From the IMG/VR virus record IMGVR_UViG_3300031992_000090, positions 1,401-65,400 of that record: a stretch of DNA of 64,000 nt, one strand, 5' to 3'. The notes beneath the pieces are model-generated. The model was not told the origin of the DNA. It saw only the letters and a program-made list of their open reading frames with translations, and searched no databases. Below, one piece after another: positions 38,139-46,063 of this stretch. Positions within the stretch are counted from its first letter, which is position 1. Each line of letters opens with the position of its first letter. The DNA is from a virus (taxonomy: Duplodnaviria; Caudoviricetes). Position numbers and translations under genes: made by a program.

Positions 38139-38444
38139 TTATTCATCAAGGGTTGCAAGAATTTCATCTAATAAGACTTTCGCGTAAGCTTTACGATCAG
38201 GCATAGGAAACAGGACATTGTACTTATGCTCATTGTTGTCAATGTCATTTGTGTACAGCTTACAAGCTGTAGTGACAAGACGTGTTACAGCTCTCAGAGC
38301 TTTGTCGGCGTCGTAAATTCCTTTCTGCATAGCTTTCTTGATGCCGCGTTTCATCGCTTGGATCATGGTGTAAGTCGTGCGTGTATTTGGAATATATAAA
38401 TCAAGGTCGCAGATTTTGTCTGCATTGATGTATGTGTTTGTCAT
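38139..38444 (-). CDS. Hypothetical early protein (start reassigned to 38444)
   Basis: GAGGTAGAGAAA before ATG 38444. Confidence 0.6.
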   Translation of the reverse strand: MTNTYINADKICDLDLYIPNTRTTYTMIQAMKRGIKKAMQKGIYDADKALRAVTRLVTTACKLYTNDIDNNEHKYNVLFPMPDRKAYAKVLLDEILATLDE

Positions 38445-38466
38445 TTTCTCTACCTCGTATAGTTGA

Positions 38467-38712
38467 TTAAGCGCAGTCTTTAAGCGCAATCAGCTCTTCT
38501 AACCAATCCGTTACATAATACGGATTATCTTTTAACCATTGTTCGAACTCATCTGCAGTGCCTTGACCGTTTGTTCTGTCCTGAAAATCCTCCCAAAGCG
38601 GATCTTCTACGTCGTAATAATTGAACAGATAACCCTTATACATAATTTCAGGATCAGCCCAATCGCCGTGATAAATAAATTTAACACCCTTGATACCTAG
38701 ATAATTAGCCAT
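38467..38712 (-). CDS. Acidic, aromatic-rich early protein
   Basis: First gene after the consensus promoter; HGDWADPE...FNYYDVED. Confidence 0.65.
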   Translation of the reverse strand: MANYLGIKGVKFIYHGDWADPEIMYKGYLFNYYDVEDPLWEDFQDRTNGQGTADEFEQWLKDNPYYVTDWLEELIALKDCA

Positions 38713-38748
38713 TTTGTTTTACCTCTTATTTAACAATCTATATCGTGT

Positions 38749-38778
38749 ATTATAGACTATCTAAATTGTCACTGTCAA
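38749..38778 (-). promoter_or_regulatory. Strong sigma70 early promoter
   Basis: TTGACA (38773-38778)-18 bp-TATAAT (38749-38754) on the minus strand. Confidence 0.8.
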
Positions 38779-39300
38779 GAATAAATTGTGATACATATAA
38801 CAATTTAAAATAGTATTTGTATATACAACAATCTAAATTAGTTGTTTAGTGCAACTGTAAAAATTTACAGTACATTTTTAGTTAAAATTATAGAATGTGA
38901 TAAAGGATTATCATTGTAAATCATAATGATAGTGCCGATTTTACAGACTTTACAGTTTTTACAGTTTCAAAAAACAGGATTCAGCAAAATGAGTCGCAAT
39001 TGCAAAAAACTTTTTTAAAAGTTTTTTAATTTTTCTGGGCAAAAAAACTAGAGCCCTGTTTTTTGCAGCACTAATTTCTGTTCACTTACTACTACTATCT
39101 ATAATATAATATAATATAAAATAAATAAATAAATAAATCAAGGGCTTAGTCCCCCTCAACGCCGCAAAAACCGTGATTCACATCACACTTTTACAACCTG
39201 CAAAACTGTAAACATTTTTCTGTCATCTCACTAACACCATGATTTATAAAATAAATCTTGTTTTCACAATTCACATTTAAAACTGTAAAAACTTCCTTTA

Positions 39301-39372
39301 TCTTATATATCAGTAACTTGCAAATAAATCACTGATATATAAGAGGTTGTTACACAAATAATGTAACAACCT
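39301..39372. repeat. Two abutting inverted repeats in an AT-rich non-coding region
   Basis: TCTTATATATCAGT-16-ACTGATATATAAGA and AGGTTGTTACA-7-TGTAACAACCT. Confidence 0.85.
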
Positions 39373-39439
39373 ATATATTTTATAATAAAATGCTACGCTG
39401 TCTCAGACAACCTATTTTAATTTAGGTACGAAAGTTGCA

Positions 39440-39742
39440 TTAACTTGCATAATGATCTATGTTTGCGTTCAATCTGTCAAAATTCCATTCTAGATCGTTC
39501 GCAATAAAAGCTGTCAACGTATCGCCTAAGTATGCGCCATTGAATAATGTTTGTGCAAGTTTGAAAATGCTAGCATGTACTTTTATGTGATGCACGTCAA
39601 TGCGATGGATGCATTGATTGATAGCGTCTCTTAATGTAAAATAATCACGTTCAATAAATGCTGCTTTTAAGTCGTTAATATCGATCATTGATAGCAGTGT
39701 GAAGCATATTTCAGCTTTGTCTTTTTTATTCATTTTAATCAT
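39440..39742 (-). CDS. Hypothetical early protein
   Basis: GGAGGGTAGAGAAA RBS. Confidence 0.6.
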   Translation of the reverse strand: MIKMNKKDKAEICFTLLSMIDINDLKAAFIERDYFTLRDAINQCIHRIDVHHIKVHASIFKLAQTLFNGAYLGDTLTAFIANDLEWNFDRLNANIDHYAS

Positions 39743-39747
39743 TTTCT

Positions 39748-40146
39748 CTACCCTCCGAAAACTTCTACAAATATTTGTTTGCCATCAAGATCCCACACAT
39801 CCCACGAATCAAGCATTAGATCCACGAATAGGTCTTTAAACTCATTATCGTATGAATCCGTGATAGTCATACATTCTGTGTCATCTGTATTGAAAAATTC
39901 AGCATCCAACCAAATGAGTTTTGTATCATCGTGCGGCGTGTCATACAGCTTGCATACTGTGCCACCATGCCCAAGTGCTTTTATCCGATTCGAATATTCG
40001 TTAATGCGATCTACTAATTCAGCGGTTTCAATGTTTTCAATATGCTTGAAAGTTTTGCGTTTTAATTGTTCAAAGCGCTTAGTTTGCATCGTTTCAATAA
40101 AGTCTTCTGAATTATCAAATCCGTATACTTCTATTTCATTGTTCAT
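39748..40146 (-). CDS. Acidic early protein
   Basis: GAGG RBS; D/E-rich. Confidence 0.6.
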   Translation of the reverse strand: MNNEIEVYGFDNSEDFIETMQTKRFEQLKRKTFKHIENIETAELVDRINEYSNRIKALGHGGTVCKLYDTPHDDTKLIWLDAEFFNTDDTECMTITDSYDNEFKDLFVDLMLDSWDVWDLDGKQIFVEVFGG

Positions 40147-40160
40147 TTTTATTCCCTCAG

Positions 40161-40490
40161 TTAGTCAAAAATAAATTTAGTAAAGCACGCTTTGTTTTTT
40201 GCATAGCTTGCTTCGGAAAACAGTTTGTCTAAATTGCGACAGAGATATTCATACGTAAATGCATCACACTGAATTGTAATTTTTATTGCGTCTCTTGTGA
40301 GTGCTAGTTTCATTTTGAATCCATCAACTATGTCTTGCGTTACTTTAGGATCTTCTGTTATTTCGTTTACGATTTGTGCAAGCTCTGATTCATAGCGTTC
40401 TTTCAATTCATTCATTTCTGACTCACTTGTTCCACGTGGAACGTTTACTTGTTTACAGGCACTTGCAGTGCAAGCACCACATACGTGCAT
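40161..40490 (-). CDS. First gene of the early arm, hypothetical
   Basis: 109 aa; the start could be the internal Met. Confidence 0.5.
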   Translation of the reverse strand: MHVCGACTASACKQVNVPRGTSESEMNELKERYESELAQIVNEITEDPKVTQDIVDGFKMKLALTRDAIKITIQCDAFTYEYLCRNLDKLFSEASYAKNKACFTKFIFD

Positions 40491-40553
40491 CTACCTATAT
40501 TATAAACGATGTGCGTAGTAATTCCACAATATTTTATAACTTTTGTAACTAAG

Positions 40554-40569
40554 TGTGAGCTTTGTCACA
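40554..40569. promoter_or_regulatory. CRP-consensus site
   Basis: TGTGA-GCTTTG-TCACA, a perfect TGTGA-N6-TCACA in AT-rich flanks. Confidence 0.55.
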
Positions 40570-40922
40570 TTTTAATTTATAAGTGATTGATAGTAAAGGA
40601 AATGTTTGCACGGCTTGCATATATATGTATAGACCTGTCACGCCGTTGGCTGTACGTCTAAGATGCCGCCGCATCTTGAATGGCTGACACGTTTGGTTTG
40701 TATACGTATAGATACTGCACGCATCTTGTATGTTAGACGGTGAGGCGATGCCAGGGGGGCGGGGGCGGTTTGGACAGCGGCGCGGCGACACCCCCCACCA
40801 CACACATTAGGTCTGCAAAAATTTTTTATAAATTTTTCAAAATCTTAACACAATCTACATTGCTCGTTTTCAAAGTCTGCTACACTTGCGACGCCCTCGG
40901 TGTCCTATTTGCACTCTTGGTC

Positions 40923-41104
40923 TGCGGCGTCTCCGATGTCCTATCTTTTATTATGAGTGCGGCGTCTCCGATGTCCTATCTTTTATTATGAGTGCGGCGT
41001 CTCCGATGTCCTATCTTTTATTATGAGTGCGGCGTCTCCGATGTCCTATCTTTTATTATGAGTGCGGCGTCTCCGATTTCCTATCTTTTATTATGAGTGC
41101 GGCG
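40923..41104. repeat. 35-bp tandem repeat, 5 full copies plus a partial
   Basis: TGCGGCGTCTCCGATGTCCTATCTTTTATTATGAG at 40923, 40958, 40993, 41028 and 41063 (one G>T), then TGCGGCG. Confidence 0.95.
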
Positions 41105-41151
41105 CCCTCGGTGACGTTACTGACGTTACGTTTATTCTGTCCTCAGTGTCC

Positions 41152-41180
41152 TTGACATCACCATTAAAATTAAGTACAGT
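41152..41180 (+). promoter_or_regulatory. Sigma70 promoter for the hairpin RNA
   Basis: TTGACA (41152-41157)-17 bp-TACAGT (41175-41180). Confidence 0.7.
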
Positions 41181-41186
41181 ATGAGT

Positions 41187-41240
41187 GTGCCTTGGCTGAT
41201 TAGTTCTTCCGTTTCTCTACTCACTTGTCAGTTAGGGCAC
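41187..41240 (+). ncRNA. Candidate small hairpin RNA with an anti-RBS loop
   Basis: 13-bp stem 41187-41199/41228-41240 (3 G-U pairs) begins at the predicted +1. The loop contains TTTCTCTACTC (41212-41222), antisense to early-gene RBS motifs. Confidence 0.5.
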
Positions 41241-41280
41241 TCCCCAGTCCTATAATTTTCCGCGTCTTGCATACAAATAG

Positions 41281-41309
41281 TGGCAAATCTCCTTAGTTTC
41301 GCATATACT
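41281..41309 (+). promoter_or_regulatory. Putative promoter of the late arm
   Basis: TGGCAA-17 bp-TATACT upstream of the AGGAG RBS of 41343. Confidence 0.55.
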
Positions 41310-41342
41310 TAGAGCAGTAGTTCAAACCTAGGAGAACTTTAC

Positions 41343-43025
41343 ATGACTGTAACATTTGTACCAGGTGAGCTGAAATCTGACGGTTCACGTCAAAGACCAA
41401 TCGACGGTTCTGTAATTGATAACGCTTACATAGATAAGCCTGCTCTCGTATCGTCTGATGCAGACAATCTTCTTAAAACCGGCACAGACGGTAACCTCAT
41501 TGTAGACAAGAATGACATTCCGGCAGCCGCAGTTCCGGCCGCCTCTGATTATGTATCCGCAGAAAGCGGTAATCAGCTTAAGGTTTCCACTGTTGACTCC
41601 AAACTGTTTGTAGCAGAACCGGAGGACGTTGATCCGGCCTCTCTGGTTTCAGGTGTTTCCGGTAATGCTATGACAGTTGCAGCCGATAATAAGCTTTACG
41701 TAGCGTCTGCTGATGTCCCGTCTCCTGCTGATATGGTGTCCTCTGATACCGGCAATCGTTTGACCGTAGGTTCCGACAGCAAGCTGTTTGTAGCAAGTCA
41801 GAGTGTAGCTCCTGCCGATCTGATTTCAACTGACGTCAATAATTCTCTGGTACGCGGTTCAGATGAGAAGCTCAAAGTAAAGGTAGTCTCCGATGATGCG
41901 GGCAACCTGCTGACCCGCGGTTCAGATTTAGGTGCCATGGTAAAGGCTGCTGATATGATTTCAAACGGCAGCACCGGCAACCTTATCATTGAGAACGCTA
42001 CTGACCATGGACTTGAGGTAAAGACTTCCGATGTCCAGACTTTAATCAATACTGCTCTCAATGAGAAAGTGATTGTGTCCGAGGACGCTGACAATCTCAT
42101 AACCAAAGGTACCGACGGCGGTGCGTTCCTGTCAGGTGACGCCCTGCCTGATGCCGTGTCCGCAGGTGAGGGTATCGCAGTTGACGCAGGAAAGGTGAGT
42201 GTCCTCCCAGGTCACGGTCTTGCCGTAAACAGCACTACCAACAAGCTGTATGTCAACGAGGACGACTTAGACTTCAAAGAGATTTCATTGGCGGCTACAG
42301 AGAAAATTCTGTCTCTGACTTCATCAAATGAGCTGTCGTCCAGTCTGTCCATGTCCTACAATGCTTCCACAGGTTATTTAACTCTGCAGGGTATCGGCGG
42401 ACAGACCGTAGACTCTATCTATATTCCAGGTGCGGAGCAGGCTCTGCTTGGTGTAGAGGTGGTAACCAATCCGGTAGGTTACGAGCCGGGCACCTATTTC
42501 AAGTACACCTTCACTACCGCAGGCGGTAACGTGGTGTCCTATGTTAAAGTCCCAGAGGGTTCCACCACTGTAGGCGGCGACGGTATCAACGCTGTAACCT
42601 CAGACGGCGTGGCTACCGTTTCTGCCAGAGCAGGGCTTGGTATCAGCGTAGACTCTGTCGGTATCAATGTCAAACCTGAGGCTGACAAGGGTCTGAGCGT
42701 AAGCGCCAGCGGCGTGGCTGTCAAGGTTAAGTCAGGCGGCGGTGTGGTGGTGGACGCCGATGGTCTGTCAGTTGACACCTCAGTGGTTCCAACCTCTGAC
42801 GCCTTAGAGGCTCTGTCAAACCGTGTGACCGTGGCTGAGGGTGACATTGGCACCGTTAAGACAGGTTTAACAAATACCAATACAAAATTAAACGATCTGC
42901 AGGACGAGGTTGACGCTCTTGAGCTGAGCGCTTCCTCGCTGTCAGTATCCAGTACCGAGGTAGATCCGGGCACCCTTGACAATTCAACCGGTGCGCTCTA
43001 TCCGGCTACAGATTTGTTGTCATAA
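41343..43025 (+). CDS. Tail fibre/appendage protein 1
   Basis: Repeats of VSxDxxNxLxxGxDxxLFV and of GxGIxVxxxGxSV; C-terminal coiled coil and YPATDLLS motif. Confidence 0.75.
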   Translation: MTVTFVPGELKSDGSRQRPIDGSVIDNAYIDKPALVSSDADNLLKTGTDGNLIVDKNDIPAAAVPAASDYVSAESGNQLKVSTVDSKLFVAEPEDVDPASLVSGVSGNAMTVAADNKLYVASADVPSPADMVSSDTGNRLTVGSDSKLFVASQSVAPADLISTDVNNSLVRGSDEKLKVKVVSDDAGNLLTRGSDLGAMVKAADMISNGSTGNLIIENATDHGLEVKTSDVQTLINTALNEKVIVSEDADNLITKGTDGGAFLSGDALPDAVSAGEGIAVDAGKVSVLPGHGLAVNSTTNKLYVNEDDLDFKEISLAATEKILSLTSSNELSSSLSMSYNASTGYLTLQGIGGQTVDSIYIPGAEQALLGVEVVTNPVGYEPGTYFKYTFTTAGGNVVSYVKVPEGSTTVGGDGINAVTSDGVATVSARAGLGISVDSVGINVKPEADKGLSVSASGVAVKVKSGGGVVVDADGLSVDTSVVPTSDALEALSNRVTVAEGDIGTVKTGLTNTNTKLNDLQDEVDALELSASSLSVSSTEVDPGTLDNSTGALYPATDLLS

Positions 43026-43041
43026 ACTAAAGGAGAAAAAA

Positions 43042-43836
43042 ATGGCTGATATTGCATATGCAAATGTCGTGTTTAAAGACGCTGCCGGTAATACAGGTCA
43101 CATCAAGACTTTAACCGCAGCAGACATTACCCGTGTCCAGAACACTATCCAGGGTCTGAAAGACTTAAAGGACAGAGTAGATGTTATCATTGACAATAAC
43201 GGTGCTTTCCTTGCCGCTACTGAGGCAACTGATGCTGTCCTGGGTACTGTAAAGAAAGCTTCCGCTGCTGACGTTACCGCAGGTACCGCAGGCAAGGTTG
43301 TTGATGCTGCTCAGTTAAAAGCTGTAGCTGACAAGCTCACTAACGGTGTTCACTACAAGGGCACTGTAGCAACCTTTGACGCTCTGCCTACTACTGACGT
43401 AGAGGCTGGTGACATGTACAACGTTACTGCTGCCTTTACCAAGGACGGCATTAACTATCCGGCAGGCACCAACGTCATTGCTGACACCTCAGGCGCATCT
43501 GTTGAGTGGGACGTCCTGGACGGTGATCCATCAGGCTTTGCCAAGCAGGCTGTAGCTAACACCTTCACTGCTGCCAACACCTTCAATAACGACGTTACCG
43601 TAGCGGCTGCTTCCGGTGGTTCTGCTCCTAATGTGGATCTCACTGGTGCCAACGTTACCGTTGCAACTCAGAGCGCAGGTGACAATTCTACCAAGGCAGC
43701 TTCTACTGCTTACGTAGACGCAGCTGTGGCAGAGGTTGTTAAATACAGCGCATCCGCTCCTGCTGATGTGTCTGCCTTAGACAACAACACAGCTACATTC
43801 TATCCTGCTCAGGATCTGCTTTCAGATCCAGTTTAA
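43042..43836 (+). CDS. Tail fibre protein 2 (start 43042)
   Basis: AAGGAG RBS; ATEATDAVLGTVKKA T4-like fibre repeat; HYKGTVATFDALP domain. Confidence 0.75.
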   Translation: MADIAYANVVFKDAAGNTGHIKTLTAADITRVQNTIQGLKDLKDRVDVIIDNNGAFLAATEATDAVLGTVKKASAADVTAGTAGKVVDAAQLKAVADKLTNGVHYKGTVATFDALPTTDVEAGDMYNVTAAFTKDGINYPAGTNVIADTSGASVEWDVLDGDPSGFAKQAVANTFTAANTFNNDVTVAAASGGSAPNVDLTGANVTVATQSAGDNSTKAASTAYVDAAVAEVVKYSASAPADVSALDNNTATFYPAQDLLSDPV

Positions 43837-43844
43837 CAGCACGC

Positions 43845-43867
43845 GCCTCCCTACGGGGAGGCTTTTT
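43845..43867 (+). terminator. Rho-independent terminator
   Basis: GCCTCCC-TACG-GGGAGGC-TTTTT (cUACGg tetraloop). Confidence 0.85.
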
Positions 43868-43883
43868 CTAAAAGGTAAAAATT

Positions 43884-44381
43884 ATGGCAACAATAGATTA
43901 TGCTTCTCTGCTTTTGAAAGATAAAGACGGCAACGTAGGCAGAGTCAGGACTTTAAGCCAGACAGACATTGCAAAACTCAACAATGCGGTAGCTGTTACC
44001 ACCAAGAGCGGTCTGCCGGTCTACAGTTCCACTATTGACTATGAGGTAGGCTTTGTAGTGCGTTCGGGCACTTACATCTACCAGGCTCTGGTTGCAAACG
44101 GTCCTAATGAGCCAGCTGGCGTACAGCCTGTAACCAACCGCACTTACTGGGCGCAGATAGGCTCAGTTGCAGATGCTACCACCACAACCAAAGGTGTGGT
44201 ACAGCTGGCTGACAGTGCCGCAATTACCGCAGGCACCGCAGGACGTGTGATTGACGCAGCCCAGCTCAAGGCTGTAGCGGATACGATAGAGAACATAACC
44301 GTATCCAGTGTCGCAGTCGATCCGTCTGCTCTCAATGCCCGCGAGGGTGTGATAATGCCTGCCACTGACTTACTGGATTAG
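43884..44381 (+). CDS. Tail fibre protein 3 with CBM5/12-like module
   Basis: YSSTIDYEVGFVVRSGTYIYQAL...P.TNRTYW; ATTTTKGVVQLA repeat. Confidence 0.7.
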   Translation: MATIDYASLLLKDKDGNVGRVRTLSQTDIAKLNNAVAVTTKSGLPVYSSTIDYEVGFVVRSGTYIYQALVANGPNEPAGVQPVTNRTYWAQIGSVADATTTTKGVVQLADSAAITAGTAGRVIDAAQLKAVADTIENITVSSVAVDPSALNAREGVIMPATDLLD

Positions 44382-44392
44382 GAGGATGCAAA

Positions 44393-45166
44393 ATGGCTGA
44401 CGTAACACATGGCAAGTTTGTCTTTAAGGACAGCAGCAACAACGCTGGTACAGTTCTCGGTTTATCTGCAAATGACATCAGCAAGATGAACGCCAAGGCT
44501 ACTCTGGACGTGGTAAGTTCCGCAAGTGCTTCAATAAGTAACAAGCATGGTGAGCTGTTCCCGGCCACTGACCGTCTGACTGCTCCTGACACTCACTATC
44601 CGGTTGTCATTCAGGCACACTTTGTCACCGGCGATATCAAGCAGACCATGAACCCGAATTTTGACGCCACCGAGTGGGTGCTTGGCAATGGCGCATTAGT
44701 CCCAAGAACAGGAGCTTACAAAGATCTGTGGGAGTTTGCCAACGACCTCGGCCTTGTCAGAGACGCCTCTGCCCAGGCAAGCTATGAGAGTAACCCTTCC
44801 ACCTTTGAGGGTCTGTCCTACGGTCCTGGTGACGGCTCCACCACTTTCCAGCTCCCCGATTTCAGAGGGCGTGTAATACAGGGCGCAGATGCGTCCCATG
44901 CACTTGGTCATTTCATTAAAGCTGGGTTACCTAACATAACTGGACAAACAGGAAGTTGGGTAAGGTACAGAAGCATAACTACAAGCGGCGCCATATACAA
45001 AAGTGCTGACCAAACACAACAAGGTCAGGGCTTGGCTGATCCAAGTTCAGGCTTTATCGTTTATAGTGGACTCGTGTTAGATGCATCTGGTTCAAATAGC
45101 ACCTACGGAAATAGCAATACCGTTCAACCTTTAGCCGTATCGAGCTACAACTTAATCAAACTGTAG
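44393..45166 (+). CDS. Collar-domain tail fibre A with invertible C-terminus (cassette A expressed)
   Basis: GNG..V.R..Y.DL...YGPGDGSTTFQLPDFRGRV collar motif; PNITG crossover at codon 180. Confidence 0.9.
   Translation: MADVTHGKFVFKDSSNNAGTVLGLSANDISKMNAKATLDVVSSASASISNKHGELFPATDRLTAPDTHYPVVIQAHFVTGDIKQTMNPNFDATEWVLGNGALVPRTGAYKDLWEFANDLGLVRDASAQASYESNPSTFEGLSYGPGDGSTTFQLPDFRGRVIQGADASHALGHFIKAGLPNITGQTGSWVRYRSITTSGAIYKSADQTQQGQGLADPSSGFIVYSGLVLDASGSNSTYGNSNTVQPLAVSSYNLIKL
44930..44944 (+). repeat. Shufflon 1 crossover site A (expression site)
   Basis: CCTAACATAACTGGA. Confidence 0.9.
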
Positions 45167-45378
45167 GTAGATACTGCTTCTTGCTGAACAGTTGAAACGC
45201 TGTCGCTGTAAATGGCATTACTGCTTGAGGCTTTAAATTCGAGATACACATAGTATCCCTCAAGCGACCCGTCCGGTAATGGAGCATTGCTAGTAAACGA
45301 GGTGGTAGCAAAACAGCCCGTGTGCCGATAACCGTTTGCGCGTGCTGCTACATCGGCTTGTGTTCCAGTTATGTTAGG
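45145..45378 (-). other. Silent C-terminal cassette B (77 aa)
   Basis: PNITGTQADV...VSTYSLIKL*, starting at the inverted site 45364-45378. Confidence 0.9.
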
Positions 45379-45391
45379 GAAAAATTTAAGC

Positions 45392-45616
45392 CCTAACATA
45401 ACTGGAGATATACACGATATGTATGGTGGTGACAGAACTGTTAGCGTCGCATTTAGCCGTTCGACTATACACGCTAGTACTATGAAAGCAGAAGCTGGAA
45501 ATAACATGGGTAGTACAACTGTTTATTTCGGGGCCTCGTATGCTAACTCGATTTATGGAGCTTCTACAACCGTACAATCACCAGCTATAAGTTCTTACAG
45601 TTTAATTAAACTGTAG
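45392..45616 (+). other. Silent C-terminal cassette C (74 aa)
   Basis: PNITGDIHDM...ISSYSLIKL*, site 45392-45406. Confidence 0.9.
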
Positions 45617-45819
45617 GTAGATACGGCTAAAGATTGTACAGTGTTGCTTGTGCCGTAAACTGCACTCGAACGAGACGCATTAAAGGTTATTCCCCAATAC
45701 CATTGTTCACTTCCAGCAACGTTAGGTGCAAGTCCTGTAAGACTTGTGTTAATAGCAAGAGCTCCACTCGCAGTCTTTAAAGGCGATGTTAATGTTGTAA
45801 AATCTCCAGTTATGTTAGG
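45595..45819 (-). other. Silent C-terminal cassette D (74 aa, not in ORF track)
   Basis: Hand translation PNITGDFTTLTSPLKTASGALAINTSLTGLAPNVAGSEQWYWGITFNASRSSAVYGTSNTVQSLAVSTYSLIKL*; site 45805-45819. Confidence 0.9.
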
Positions 45820-45892
45820 CCCCTTTCCCTACCCAATCTCTCTAAACATAAATCCAGCTATCCGTTCTCGCGCCCAAAGTGTGTTAATTTCC

Positions 45893-45987
45893 CTGTGCCT
45901 GGCACAATAGCAGAAAACGGCAGATACAGTCACAAATGGCTAAGTGGTGCGGTTTCCAACCTAAATCCTGAGCACAGCGGGCACATT
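45893..45987. promoter_or_regulatory. Arm-like GCACA site set, copy 1
   Basis: CTGTGCCTGGCACAATA plus direct GCACA pair at 45972 and 45981. Confidence 0.7.
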
Positions 45988-45997
45988 AAAAATCCTA

Positions 45998-46026
45998 TTG
46001 GCAATCTTGTAAACTGCACATATAAT
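45998..46026 (+). promoter_or_regulatory. Sigma70 promoter for fibre B
   Basis: TTGGCA-17 bp-TATAAT. Confidence 0.7.
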
Positions 46027-46063
46027 ATGAATATACGCATGTGTACGATTAATGGAGAATATT

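Noticed and set aside
40770-40790. GCGGCGAC resembling lambda cos
   Set aside because: Only an 8-nt match in GC-rich DNA, and TerL shows no evident lambda-like character.
40923-41104. 35-bp repeats as a CRISPR array
   Set aside because: Units are contiguous with no unique spacers, and there is no cas operon.
41132-41224. 30-codon GTG ORF on the minus strand with a hydrophobic stretch (type I toxin antisense to the hairpin RNA)
   Set aside because: No suitably spaced SD, and an in-frame stop lies two codons upstream; kept only as a weak alternative.
45841-45856. TCTAAACATAAATCCA as a fifth crossover site
   Set aside because: Several mismatches to the core, and the downstream frame stops early without the YxLIK end.
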